Virus record (IMG/VR): IMGVR_UViG_3300021960_009997
Coordinates: 1 to 61,786 of that record
Length of the DNA stretch: 61,786 nucleotides
DNA from: a virus
Lineage: Duplodnaviria; Caudoviricetes
Direction: 5' to 3' (one strand)
This document shows, piece after piece, positions 11,201 through 20,306 of the stretch; the first letter of the stretch is position 1, and the number at the start of each line of letters is the position of its first letter. The notes beneath the pieces were generated by a model. That model made no database searches. It was not told the origin of the DNA and saw only the letters and a program-made list of their open reading frames with translations. The position numbers and the translations under genes are program-made.

Positions 11201-12284
11201 CTGCAACATTAGCGGTACCGGGAGATATTTGCACAACAAATTTGCTTTCAGAACCGCCGTTCGCAGCAGTAAATGCTCCTCCATTAACACCATCATTTAA
11301 ATGTTCTCTGATTTTAACTTTCATTCCATTGACAACATAGTTGCCATTGGCATTGTAAAACTTTGTAGCAATACTATCATTGATTTTTTGTAAAGGATCT
11401 TCTTTAACTTTATTTCTAACCAATGCCCCATATTCAAATCTTGCATACTCGTAAAAGTTTCCCGGTACAGCAACCGTGGTCTTTAATGAAGTTAAAGAAA
11501 CAGCAAGGTTAAGTCTATCAGCACCGGGAGCATTAAAATTGAATGAACCTGAAGCAGGGTCTTTCAACGTAGGATCATCAGCTGCTGTTTTGATTGATTC
11601 TGTTACTTGGAAACCAATTTTTCTTTTTACACCATTACTAAAAGGATCTGCAAAACAAGATATCGCAGGTGTGACCGCAAATTGATTGTTTACATATACA
11701 ACACCGGCCGACAATTGAATTTTTGTAGCAGTGCCATAATAATTATTACCGAGAGTTGAGCTTGTAAAAGAATCTATAACAAACTCAGTGTCTCTATATG
11801 AACCAGATGAAATTATTTTAAATCTTGCATCTGTAGTCTGCACAAAATGATCGTTTGCCGTTCCGGCATGATCCATATATGCTAAATAAAATGCTTTAAT
11901 ATTGGGTCTTCCAGTGCCATCACTTTGACTAACTTCCAAGATCTTGGCTTTCATTCCTGAAGTTACACCTTGAACAGTCTCGCCAATATATTTACTAAGA
12001 TCGCTATTGTTAAGAGTAGTAGCAGTAGAGGTGCCGTTTGGATAATATGTATCGGTTATTTTAATATAAGGAATAAGACTAATATTTTCGGAACAACCAC
12101 TAATGACAGCGCCGTTTTTCAGGGTGAAGCTACCAAGTGAAGAAATCTGATTCTGCAATATAGTTTGTAGCTGTGTCAATTCCCTTGCTTGGACTGCGTA
12201 TCCTGGTTTAAATAAAACCCTGGTATAGTTGTCTCCAACATCAAAGTCGTCAAAATACGGAGTAGTGTTTAAATTCAGAGCCAT
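5280..12284 (-). CDS. Large virion structural protein, DUF4815/VrlC-like
   Basis: PYFDDF...VLFKPGYAVQARELTQLQTILQNQI N-terminus, APGADRL, RIKNLEYYTSLS, DRFKNG, DPMAQSF. Confidence 0.85.
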   Translation of the reverse strand: MALNLNTTPYFDDFDVGDNYTRVLFKPGYAVQARELTQLQTILQNQISSLGSFTLKNGAVISGCSENISLIPYIKITDTYYPNGTSTATTLNNSDLSKYIGETVQGVTSGMKAKILEVSQSDGTGRPNIKAFYLAYMDHAGTANDHFVQTTDARFKIISSGSYRDTEFVIDSFTSSTLGNNYYGTATKIQLSAGVVYVNNQFAVTPAISCFADPFSNGVKRKIGFQVTESIKTAADDPTLKDPASGSFNFNAPGADRLNLAVSLTSLKTTVAVPGNFYEYARFEYGALVRNKVKEDPLQKINDSIATKFYNANGNYVVNGMKVKIREHLNDGVNGGAFTAANGGSESKFVVQISPGTANVAGYTKSLDAPKLITVNKPTSSYVDEGLSVTTSYGNYVVIDELCGNFDVDGGATVELRSAAAAAVTAGTFSGTSAPGTSIGTAKVRHLVHSSGTPGAAAGQYRIYLYDVKMSGNAQFKDVRGIYYNDSIADAHADIVLEDLNFDSTPESAVLKEKDYNRLIFPLPTTYIKTLAPSGTFDYSFKYTKEFDIDFDATATATATVSTPISFPHGTGSLSDTIINANIIVVAKDSFQTVGGTTITAGEVLDMTSGTRTVTGASNSVEFDLDDTINTSTYPNRRAKAYVNVQVSGNISPITKTLQKDHYVKLTIDGTSGYATSEDTFCLGVPDVLKIKEVRVHSSAFTTGSEGTAVTSQFTLDNGQKDNYYGLSNIVKKSTSTVDFSATPYVLVKFDYFTNSAAAGPTFACVDSYAATIAAGDMKLQEIPLFTRSTGVIIDLRNVVDFRPYAATTATPNSVLASAPSNPSSVLTIAAPTGGLTNPVPVQEFTTDIESYFAQAFRVVLGSGNGDFKVIPGPQSLKVVPPAIENTKDMTLATFSLKPFPSLSPDSGKYYGRQDLATKVKQIENPRYTMRKIGTLEQRIKNLEYYTSLSILESQAQNEKFLNANGVDRFKNGLLVDPFNSFAVSAVMNPDYNASLDKDAAYVRSKFTQDSIQLVPAFTETSDEAGQTGKYFHVPAAEVVYAEQLLASKYEAIVTELLYDTTEAVGTPDEDETVVIDPVPRETVVTYRLTRSQNAVDEGDSFSINIQATNVPAGTTVPWTLAGDSGYTLVAGDFTSGSLSGTATIGSGGGASVSFTLADDTGITDADASVAMTFTLGTDSLSNVPGQSAVVTLYNSNRAEEVINCGAGYYYDPATNTCIQEIPPPPCGGSTIFGMMAIAPAEDSWSDYEYVSPVYNNITGSYDNFEYADAWDRQWKGWTVVDTYYETLLGDITTNEVRSWEEYSHTESNTLGTYDGSGNRYQQFGEIYRTFTEFQDRQLVTKNRMESGYDTFTETYTGALPDTITEYVGESIVDESYIPYTRAQSIDFSVSGLCKNQVHDIYMGGRSKGSVTTDHNGRASGTISIGQGEFEAGVIDIMCSATVGNNLSASTSIATATFYSGGGTTVQKRKEYSVITPPVPANKEVKSSTESKLVEPGWETYYESVGAPYIVEGMPNIKYGEAYVDASGTYGSVVTVQQLADGSTVSGNVTNTQQALQSSILTTYTGSGLIDVDTEGFATWESTDLAWETGLDGSNTNNANFNSGATLKSGGAVTTTVNNVVDNVELDFNAADMYWEYEMAQLGYKAQQGFYDWNCGGWDPMAQSFKVTGVPEGIYISSVDIFFHTISTEADNNGIVLEIREMINGFPGPTVLGQCRKDRHNCNTSTADGDGTFSPKGTVFDFPTPVWCEVDKEYCIVPIPERDDPNYTVWIAELGKPIHGSTSVVSKQAHSGILFTSANNRTWTPRQKEDMMFRIKRYTFTPNVDYKIKLANARHDWINFNNFSDSSTKFAIGDRVYGFSFNIVNGGVYAGTPTVTLTDSTGQGTPITVTPTMSLGVITALTLPNVGSGYTGLSNLVVTITGGSPTTNGEITAQLNLGRILYHNDTYDNTSTIKVMKGRFYSSNSASDLTRTLVGNGTKTATTANIYNRVVNSYAMKLPYANHGNKGIVTPKIALTNTGAATVNTTLTDLYPAKTIDLDTEKTILSFSNEVATYGSAINQTVRGLQKPTAYYEITVNTTRENLSPMINGEALIMGIYKNEVNNDASGEAVRSGGSARTRYISRRVELLDGQDAEDLKVILDNKIPAEGSVKVYYKIRNGDDEQSDFDTDIFWREMEIEQAPFNTSTTGWAEYTYKVPAKGSNSFGLDSSTGVIEYDVTGLTSIPVSTGGSGYTSAPIVNITHSGEGYGAKATATISAGAVTAITVTNPGRGYDGGTITVTLSGGGGSAATAGTPVTTTQTYTGFKNYTIKIVHLSTDTAKIPFSSNLRAYALQV

Positions 12285-12294
12285 CTACTTTTTC

Positions 12295-13956
12295 CTAAAA
12301 TGTTAATATTGCCTTAATTGTTTCTACTTGGTCTTCCTGCCTGTTTATAAATGTACGGTTTTCAATATACATAACATCACCAGAATGTACGTTTAATTCA
12401 GGATTCTGAAAACTATTTATACTCAGGCTCGACACGCCTGTGTTGGTATTAGTCAAAATACTGCTTGCAGATATTAAATTTATAATGGGTTGTAACCACA
12501 CATAATAGTTGGAACCATCCACAGTTTTATGTATTACTCTAAATCTTCCATTTTCATTTGTAGTTATTATATCATCAGCATTATATTTTGCTTGTTCGAT
12601 TGCACTTCCCACTTCTATTCTTGTAGTATTATTTCCGGTTCCACTACTAAAATTAATTGAAGTGCTACCATATTGTTTTATATTTTTTACAAGACCTATT
12701 TGTCTAAAATCGTTGTTTAAAAATAAATCTGTATTATTTTCTTCATCTGTACTTAGAACAATAGCAAGTTTATTTGCAAACAATTCATTAATAGCATGTC
12801 CGCCATGTCCTTCTCTCGGCCCAAGAACAGCTCTTGCAGTAGCCTTTGCATCTCCTAAGTTTTCTACACCATTCAAGTTAGTAAATGTTATATCTGCAAA
12901 ACTATAACCGTACCCATAATCAGTAACAGTCACTCCAGTTATTTGTCCTTCAGAATTTAAAGTGGCAGTTGCTTCAGCACCAACACCGTCTCCGGTAATG
13001 ACTACCTTTATATCACCCAATATATAACCTGACCCCGTATTAATTACTTCTATTCTATCTATAGTTGCATAAGTTGTCACAGCTGCAGTTTCAACCGCCT
13101 CTTGTAGTGCTGGTGTCCCTACTGTATTTTTTAGATTGACTGTTGCTGTAGCACCTGCACCATCACCCGATATTGTAACACGAGCAAAAGAATACCCCGA
13201 ACCATTATTTGTAATTGTAAATCCCGTGACTTCCCCTGCTGCAATTGTTACAGATGCAGTGGCACCTGAGCCATCACCTGCAATCGTTGCCGTGGCAGTA
13301 GTATAGCCACTACCACCAGCTGTTTTAACAATAGTATCTACTTCTCCGTTAACATCTGCATATGGGTCAACCGTATATTTTCTTACGGGAATGTTACCTG
13401 AGTCCAAAAATTTTGTTTGGTCAGAAGAGGAAATCTGAAACATGAACTTCCATTTGTATCCATCGGCCATAGTTGAAATTACTGACGGATCCGTACTAAT
13501 CGGTTTGTCTGTACTTGGTTGTCCGAGATTGTTGTACATACATTTATATACTTTAAACTCGTCAGTGACAACATAAAAGTTAGCAGTTTTTAAACTTGAA
13601 GCACCAGAGGTTGCTGTGTGTGTTGTGACACCATTTAGAGCAGCTGAACCAAATACATCTATATAAGGTCTACCATATGAATTATCATACTGGTCATATA
13701 CTGTATTGCTGGTCCAATTAATTCTTCTTGCCAAGTGGCATATATCAGCACTATCAGCAAGCTGAGCATAAATGATATTCTTTTGAAAGTCATTTATTGT
13801 ATGCAAATCATCTGTTGGTGTTGGAGGTAACTCCTCATTAGACCAAGCCGTTGTTTTTCCCAACGTAATCCAAAAATAATCGTTGGTGTTTACAAGGTCA
13901 CGTCTAACAGATCTTGCTAACTGTATTCTGCCGCTATTGGCAAGAAGAATCGCCAT
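12295..13956 (-). CDS. gp8: Baseplate wedge protein gp8-like
   Basis: RRINW, FYVVTDEF.VYKC..N, DGYKWKFM, GHG....EL, FRQIGL, SGDVMYIENR motifs. Confidence 0.85.
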   Translation of the reverse strand: MAILLANSGRIQLARSVRRDLVNTNDYFWITLGKTTAWSNEELPPTPTDDLHTINDFQKNIIYAQLADSADICHLARRINWTSNTVYDQYDNSYGRPYIDVFGSAALNGVTTHTATSGASSLKTANFYVVTDEFKVYKCMYNNLGQPSTDKPISTDPSVISTMADGYKWKFMFQISSSDQTKFLDSGNIPVRKYTVDPYADVNGEVDTIVKTAGGSGYTTATATIAGDGSGATASVTIAAGEVTGFTITNNGSGYSFARVTISGDGAGATATVNLKNTVGTPALQEAVETAAVTTYATIDRIEVINTGSGYILGDIKVVITGDGVGAEATATLNSEGQITGVTVTDYGYGYSFADITFTNLNGVENLGDAKATARAVLGPREGHGGHAINELFANKLAIVLSTDEENNTDLFLNNDFRQIGLVKNIKQYGSTSINFSSGTGNNTTRIEVGSAIEQAKYNADDIITTNENGRFRVIHKTVDGSNYYVWLQPIINLISASSILTNTNTGVSSLSINSFQNPELNVHSGDVMYIENRTFINRQEDQVETIKAILTF

Positions 13957-13967
13957 CTATCTACCTA

Positions 13968-14435
13968 TTAAGAAATAGTAATTGTCCAAGTGATCGTCAT
14001 TGAGTCTGCAGCACCTTTGTTGATTACTGAAAAAACAGTACGACAAAGCATTGTGCCTGCTGCTGAAGCATTAAAGATACCTGCTTCTGTAAGAGCACCA
14101 GTACCTACACCCGCACCAAAAGTAGCAACATAAGCAACGGAATTGTCAGTAACAGTGCCGCCCGCTGTAGTCAAAGCCGTACGTGAACCGGAAATAGGTG
14201 ATACCAAAGCTGTCTGTAAAGCACCGGCAGCAGTGGTATCATCACCTACTTCCATGTGTGACATTTCATCAGGAAGTGTGTGACCCCCGAGAGTGTCCTT
14301 CATACGTGCTGCGATAAAATCAAGACCAGCATCAACCACCAAGTTAGGTACTGTAAAATCACTTTTTACATTACCGTTTTCATCTTTAATCACGACATTT
14401 ACTTGTCCTGTCGCTTTCATTGTGTCTTTAAACAT
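13968..14435 (-). CDS. Putative structural protein (tail/baseplate associated)
   Basis: NLVV..G, TEAGIFNA..GTML.R.VF..INK...TITW pattern seen in tail attachment proteins; between gp7 and gp8. Confidence 0.6.
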   Translation of the reverse strand: MFKDTMKATGQVNVVIKDENGNVKSDFTVPNLVVDAGLDFIAARMKDTLGGHTLPDEMSHMEVGDDTTAAGALQTALVSPISGSRTALTTAGGTVTDNSVAYVATFGAGVGTGALTEAGIFNASAAGTMLCRTVFSVINKGAADSMTITWTITIS

Positions 14436-14450
14436 TATTGTTCTCCAATA

Positions 14451-17198
14451 TTAGAATGAGCCTAATGTAGTCCCTACTATGTAATCTTCTGCAAAGTAGG
14501 TGATATCTACATAGTCTTGTGGCCCTGTTATTGTTCCACTGTCTGAAGTTGTTGTTGTGTCAGACCGTGAAGTTGTAAAATTCTTAGCTACTATTTCAGA
14601 TGTTGTGCCCGTATCTGAAATAGGCTTACTTGTATTTATAACTGAAATATCGCTGTTTGTTATATCATCTACAGCAGTTTCATGTTGCAAATCTAAATTT
14701 AAAAATGTAGCATCATCTGAATGAGCATTGTCAGTAAATGATTTACTTATATGCAATGTCGCTGAATCTGTATTAGAAGTAGCGTCACTGAAAGTTCTTA
14801 TCAACGTCAATTGAGTAGAAATTACATCTGTAACAATTGCACTATCAGCAAAATCTCTATTCCACTGAACAGTTTTAACTACAGTTTCAAGTGTAGTTGC
14901 GCTATCACTAACATTTTTACCATAAGAGAAATATATACCACCATCTCTTACGTAGAAATCATTGTCAACATAATCTTCAGCAAAATAAGTTTGAGTACCA
15001 GCATCGCTTTCTCTTATATTTGTTGTTGCATCTGTATAAGACGGCGATATAAGTTTAGTAACAACATCTGTTTTAGTTACTGTTTCACTAAAAGAGATTT
15101 CATATTCAATGCTAAATGACTCTGAAGTTTCTCCGCCTTCTCCAGCAAATATATCTTCTTCAAAGAATCTAAAGTGTACTTGTGGAACTGTTATATCAAA
15201 GTCTTCAAAGGATATTTCATTTGTTATAACCAACTCACCAAACACTTCCCAACCAGCGGGATGCACTGTGTCTCTTAGATCTCTATTCCATTCTGATTGT
15301 GCGTGTGTAGATTTTACAATGTAGGAATAGGTTTGATACTTTCTATTATCTTGTAGTCTATTAACATCTGACAATTTGCCTCGGTCATCCGTATATTCTC
15401 CTTGATAAGAGAAAAGATATCCAGAATTAATGGTCACATTGACAGATTCACCAAGAGAGTCTGTTAAACTTATTACGGCTGACCCTACATTAAAATTATA
15501 GCCAGCTGTTATAACTGCAAATGAAGTAGGTATGCCTGATGAAACAGTTTCTACTTTAACAAACGCATTATTACTTCCTCCAATAATAACATAATCTTCA
15601 GCAAAATAATCTAAGGCATATCCTCTATCGTCATCTCCGCTTTCATTTATTAAGAAAACGTCTCCTACTCTAAAAGTCGGAGTACCACTACCTGAGTATG
15701 TACCAGAAGATACAGATGCTAAAGATCTAACTAAAGAGCTTCTTGCAACAGAAGAGCCTCTAAGTGTAATAAAACTATCAATGTTTAGATTGTTAATCGT
15801 TAAACTTGTTGTAGTAGAATTATAAAGTGTGCCTTTATTGGTAATAATAGCATCACGTATTTTTTCAGTTGTTGTGTTCAATGTCAGTCTTGCTGTAGCA
15901 TCCGAACCAGTACCCGTATCAATTATAGATACAGTCGGTGCGGCCACGTAACCAATACCTGTATTAGTTATAAGTATATCATTGACTTTTAACTGGCCTT
16001 CTACAAGAGTTGCAACATCAAAAGTAAGATCTGCTCCACCGCCGCCACCGAGGTTCGCATCTGCAATAGTAATAGTTTCGTCTATTACAAATCCTTGGCC
16101 ATCAACATCTATTGTAACAGTTGCATCACCTGAACCATCAACAACCACAGTAAACTCTGCAAGAGATCCTGCACCACTTGAGGTCCAATCAGATGCACCA
16201 ATAGTGTATGTTCCAGCAGATCTACTTACATCTGCTACACCTATAGTATCTACAGTAGCGATTGGTCCTTCAAATACTATTGTGCCGGCAGCGTCTGCTC
16301 CCGGGCCTGGAATAGAAGTTCTGAGAGTATCAAATTTTAAAAATACTTCCCACTGCTGAGGAGAGGTTGCATCAATTTTTATAACGTCGGTAACAGTTGC
16401 CGGTACTACTTGTGTTCTGTATCCGGAACCGAATGAAACGTAATAGTGTATATCAATTAAAGCACCTTTAAGATTTAATACTTCGTAACTGTTATTAGAG
16501 ATTACTTTGACAGATTGTTTTTCTTTCCATATACCGTCAGATGCTCTTAAAATATACCTACTTGGATATAATATAGATACATCTTCACCGTAAAATAAAC
16601 GGAAGAATGTTTCTACCGATGCTTTAGAACCTTTGCTCTCATACAAGTATTTTATGTTTTTGTAAAAAAACTTTTTATCTACTGGTAAATTTGAGGGCCA
16701 ACGCTTGGCAAGCATCTGACGCCATTTTTCAATTTCCGTAGAATTTGCTTCATCAATATCGTAAAACCTTTTATTCAACAGAACATTGATTGGATTACCA
16801 GGACGATCCATCCATTGGTAATATTTTTCAATAAACGTGACAAAGGTAGTATAATCTTCTCGTATGAATTCGGGAATAGAATACTTGATGTTGTCTGCAT
16901 TTTTTTCTACGTGTTCAGTAGTATCTCCAGAAGCAAAAGATAATACTGCTGTTAGCACCGCGCCGCCTGAACCGCTAACTGTTACAGTTGGGGCAGTTGT
17001 ATAACCGGTTCCAGGATTAGTAATAGTAACTGAGACTATTTGACCTGATGGTCCTACTACAGCAGTGGCAGCTGCATTTGTGCCGCCGCCGCCGGTAAAT
17101 GATATTGTTGGGGGAGTATTCGGAACGTAGCCGGAACCTGCATTAGATACAGTAACGGATTCTACATATCTGTAATAACTCGGTATCTTATGAGACAT
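14451..17198 (-). CDS. gp7: Baseplate wedge initiator gp7-like
   Basis: FIEKYYQW, Y.SKGS..S...FFRL.YGE, LRASDG.W, LQD...YQ.YSY, VHPAG; follows gp6. Confidence 0.75.
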   Translation of the reverse strand: MSHKIPSYYRYVESVTVSNAGSGYVPNTPPTISFTGGGGTNAAATAVVGPSGQIVSVTITNPGTGYTTAPTVTVSGSGGAVLTAVLSFASGDTTEHVEKNADNIKYSIPEFIREDYTTFVTFIEKYYQWMDRPGNPINVLLNKRFYDIDEANSTEIEKWRQMLAKRWPSNLPVDKKFFYKNIKYLYESKGSKASVETFFRLFYGEDVSILYPSRYILRASDGIWKEKQSVKVISNNSYEVLNLKGALIDIHYYVSFGSGYRTQVVPATVTDVIKIDATSPQQWEVFLKFDTLRTSIPGPGADAAGTIVFEGPIATVDTIGVADVSRSAGTYTIGASDWTSSGAGSLAEFTVVVDGSGDATVTIDVDGQGFVIDETITIADANLGGGGGADLTFDVATLVEGQLKVNDILITNTGIGYVAAPTVSIIDTGTGSDATARLTLNTTTEKIRDAIITNKGTLYNSTTTSLTINNLNIDSFITLRGSSVARSSLVRSLASVSSGTYSGSGTPTFRVGDVFLINESGDDDRGYALDYFAEDYVIIGGSNNAFVKVETVSSGIPTSFAVITAGYNFNVGSAVISLTDSLGESVNVTINSGYLFSYQGEYTDDRGKLSDVNRLQDNRKYQTYSYIVKSTHAQSEWNRDLRDTVHPAGWEVFGELVITNEISFEDFDITVPQVHFRFFEEDIFAGEGGETSESFSIEYEISFSETVTKTDVVTKLISPSYTDATTNIRESDAGTQTYFAEDYVDNDFYVRDGGIYFSYGKNVSDSATTLETVVKTVQWNRDFADSAIVTDVISTQLTLIRTFSDATSNTDSATLHISKSFTDNAHSDDATFLNLDLQHETAVDDITNSDISVINTSKPISDTGTTSEIVAKNFTTSRSDTTTTSDSGTITGPQDYVDITYFAEDYIVGTTLGSF

Positions 17199-19120
17199 TA
17201 TTCATTTATTACCTGTTGACTAATAACAATGTCTAATCCTTTTCTTGCACCTGTTGTTGTGTTAAGTTGGGTGTCATCTAAAGTTAATACCGTATTCTTA
17301 GAAGGTAGTGCCACTACCGCAGATGTATTTACTTCTGAAACTCTTGTTAGCGTTTGTGTTTTTATATCTTTAACGTCATCATGTGGTTTGGCATTTATCC
17401 TGACAAATGAATCAGTGCCGGAATAAGAATTTATCTGAGTAATAAATGTAACACGGCCCGTGTCGTAATTAACAATGCCCACCAAACCAAGATTTTTATT
17501 ATCTTTTTTGCCATACAAATAAACATCACCTAAACCAGTATACTCGGGAGGATTGACCCCTGTTCGAGGAACATCTTGTAATTTTACATCATAATTTCCT
17601 GTACCAATGTTGACATTGAACCAAGTAGAATGTAAAGTCCTTGGCTCTATTTTATTATTAAAAGATAAGGTAAAACTTTCGCTTTTACCTAAGGTCATTG
17701 CAGATTTTCTAATTTGCAATTTTGGATTTATATTTACCGAAATTATAGAAGAGGAAGACTCTTTCACATAACGGTGCAAGTCTGATAAGTAAAAGTCTTT
17801 ATTTAAAACATTCAAACTATTTGTAAAGTAAGCACCAACTGCTGTGCTGATTGTTGAAGTAATTTCACCCATAGTCAATGCGGTTACTTTAGGATTATAA
17901 GTAGCCCCTATTCTAAGTTGTATATAAACGTAATTTGGATCAACAAACTCAGTCAATATACCCACAGGAGCTTTAGGGTCTAAAATTTCTGTTTGTATTT
18001 TAGCTTTGTCTGCATCTGTAATAATTTGATTTGGATACGGGTCTAATGAAATAAAGACCTTTCCGTATATGGGAGGATCATTAGTTTCTCCTCCCCAAAC
18101 AGCACAAGACTGGATGTTAGAATTACTTGCCAATATTAATGCCTGATAGTCAGCTGAGGTAATTGCTCTGTTTCTTGTCTGATTAAAACGAGGGGCAGTT
18201 TTTCTAATTGAGTCGATAGATTCTTTGCCAGAGCCGCCGCTTGCATTATATACAGTTGTTATAGTTATAACTTCATCATTAGATATAAATGTTCCGGAAT
18301 TGCCGGAAAATCTATTTGCACCATTAGCAGCCTCACCGTTAGATGCAATATAGTCTACAACAACAACATTTCCATCTGTTAATTTTTTACCTACATAGTT
18401 ATCACCAAAGCGAACCAAATATAAACCGTCAACATCTTCCTCAATAAAATACGCTTTAGTTGTAGTGCCTACATCTGTTAAATTTGTATACTGTAAGTAT
18501 GTTGAAATAGTTAAATCTGATTGAGATTCTCTTACTCTAACACGCATTGAGGAAGTATCAATATTATTATTAGGTATAGTAAAAGGACCGGATAATGTAT
18601 TAGATGTTACTACAAAACTATTAGAAATCCTGGTACCTTCTGTTATTTGTACATTATCAAAAAAGAATCCAGATATAGCTACTCCGCCAATTGTTCTGGT
18701 TTCTTTATTGACGGTAACCGAGTTTCTTGGATAAAAGAGGTAACTCGTAGAATTAATGACCGAGGTAAAAGCTGTATCTCTGGAAAGTGTTAGTGTTGAA
18801 TTACTATTTGACACCGGTGGCACTACTCTAAAGTTTATAGTTGCTGTAGAGCCTCTTACCGACCGAGGAGTGTATCCTAATCCTTTGGCTATAGAAACTA
18901 CTGAAGCTCTTTTTGTAGCAGTATCAATGAAGGCCTCATTACCTACCAAATGTGCAAGAACACTATTGTAATGCGTGTTGTATGCAAGAGTGTCCAAAAG
19001 AACATTCATAGCAGAACCTTCAAAATTGTAATCTTGAAATTCTGATTGTGCAGCCAAATACGCTTTTAAATTTGATTTTATTGTTTCAAAATCTAATTCT
19101 GTTACATCTAACTTTGCCAT
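17198..19120 (-). CDS. gp6: Baseplate wedge subunit gp6
   Basis: LDFETIK.NL, DYNFEGS, LAYNTHYN, RAITSADY, WGGETNDPP.YGKVFIS. Confidence 0.95.
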   Translation of the reverse strand: MAKLDVTELDFETIKSNLKAYLAAQSEFQDYNFEGSAMNVLLDTLAYNTHYNSVLAHLVGNEAFIDTATKRASVVSIAKGLGYTPRSVRGSTATINFRVVPPVSNSNSTLTLSRDTAFTSVINSTSYLFYPRNSVTVNKETRTIGGVAISGFFFDNVQITEGTRISNSFVVTSNTLSGPFTIPNNNIDTSSMRVRVRESQSDLTISTYLQYTNLTDVGTTTKAYFIEEDVDGLYLVRFGDNYVGKKLTDGNVVVVDYIASNGEAANGANRFSGNSGTFISNDEVITITTVYNASGGSGKESIDSIRKTAPRFNQTRNRAITSADYQALILASNSNIQSCAVWGGETNDPPIYGKVFISLDPYPNQIITDADKAKIQTEILDPKAPVGILTEFVDPNYVYIQLRIGATYNPKVTALTMGEITSTISTAVGAYFTNSLNVLNKDFYLSDLHRYVKESSSSIISVNINPKLQIRKSAMTLGKSESFTLSFNNKIEPRTLHSTWFNVNIGTGNYDVKLQDVPRTGVNPPEYTGLGDVYLYGKKDNKNLGLVGIVNYDTGRVTFITQINSYSGTDSFVRINAKPHDDVKDIKTQTLTRVSEVNTSAVVALPSKNTVLTLDDTQLNTTTGARKGLDIVISQQVINE

Positions 19121-19121
19121 G

Positions 19122-19535
19122 TTACCTTAACCTTTCAAGATTTATTACTAAATCTGTAACTTTTTGTATGCCCAAGACATAGAATCTAATAGTAATTATC
19201 AAACTGTTTCTATCTGATAAAGAAGCGGAAACAGGAACACTTATGTCCTCTATTCGCACTCTCTTGTCATATGTTTCTATTAAATTTTTTAAATGTCTTT
19301 TAATGGTTTGTGAGTTAAGCACGTCCATATTTTGAAAAAGATATCCTATTAGATGTCCGCCTTTATTAGGAGCAAACGGCCTCTCATAGAAGTTTGACAA
19401 TATCAAAGTGCGTAATGATTGCTTTACAGCATTAACGTCTAATTTTTTAGACACATCACCCGTGACCGGATTTGGAGTAAATGCTAAATCCAGATCACTG
19501 TATAGTATAGGTGTTTTTTGTTTTAGTTCAGCCAT
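19122..19535 (-). CDS. gp25: Baseplate wedge subunit gp25
   Basis: YSDLDLAF..NPVTGD, AVKQSL..L, ERPF.P; upstream of gp6. Confidence 0.9.
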   Translation of the reverse strand: MAELKQKTPILYSDLDLAFTPNPVTGDVSKKLDVNAVKQSLRTLILSNFYERPFAPNKGGHLIGYLFQNMDVLNSQTIKRHLKNLIETYDKRVRIEDISVPVSASLSDRNSLIITIRFYVLGIQKVTDLVINLERLR

Positions 19536-19540
19536 GTTAG

Positions 19541-19548
19541 TATTTATA
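19541..19548 (-). promoter_or_regulatory. T4-type late promoter
   Basis: TATAAATA immediately upstream of gp25. Confidence 0.7.
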
Positions 19549-19551
19549 CTG

Positions 19552-20298
19552 TTATATGCCCAACCTGCCTGCTATTTGGGAAAGTATTTTAGTTTTTTCA
19601 TTAGCTTCTAACTTATTATATAATGCTGGTTTTTCAATTTCCTCAAACTCAGCTAATATTTCGTTTACCCTTCTTTCAATATCTTGTGTAACTGTGGGTA
19701 CAGGAATATCCGGAACAGGTTCAGGGGCATCTGCCGGTGCAGGATCCTCATCAGGGGGTGTTATTGGTTTGCCTTTAAGAACATTTCTAAGACCATCAGC
19801 TGATTTTTGTAAATTATCTATTTTGTTACAAACACTTTCTAAATCCAAAGCTCCAGTTTTTATGAGACCAGGTAAAGCCTCAAGCCCCCCTGCACCAACA
19901 TCAATATCACCCCACTTGCTTTTAAGATTTTTTACTTCGTTTGCAATACCCTCAGCGTCTAAAACCACAGCTGATAAATTATTCACAGCAGGTTTCACTT
20001 TATTAATAACCTCTTTTACATCGGTATGTAAAGATTTTAATTTTGGGGGGATTAAATCCGTTGGTATAGGTATCATACCATTCTTAACATCAGCTATAAA
20101 TTGTTCTACTCTTTGTATATCAGTTGTCAGGGTGGCATATTTTGCGCCTACGCCTAAAGCCTCAGCTATGCCCTGACCAGAAGTAGGAAACGTAAATGGT
20201 GTCAGATCTAACAAACCTAAAACACCATCAGCAGAGGACAGTGAGGTTAATCGCCCCAATAATTCATTTTGCTTTTCACTTAATAGTCCGCAGCTCAT
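19552..20298 (-). CDS. Hypothetical protein between gp5 and gp25
   Basis: 248-aa ORF with tight operon spacing and a Pro-rich linker. Confidence 0.7.
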   Translation of the reverse strand: MSCGLLSEKQNELLGRLTSLSSADGVLGLLDLTPFTFPTSGQGIAEALGVGAKYATLTTDIQRVEQFIADVKNGMIPIPTDLIPPKLKSLHTDVKEVINKVKPAVNNLSAVVLDAEGIANEVKNLKSKWGDIDVGAGGLEALPGLIKTGALDLESVCNKIDNLQKSADGLRNVLKGKPITPPDEDPAPADAPEPVPDIPVPTVTQDIERRVNEILAEFEEIEKPALYNKLEANEKTKILSQIAGRLGI

Positions 20299-20306
20299 AT
20301 ATTATC

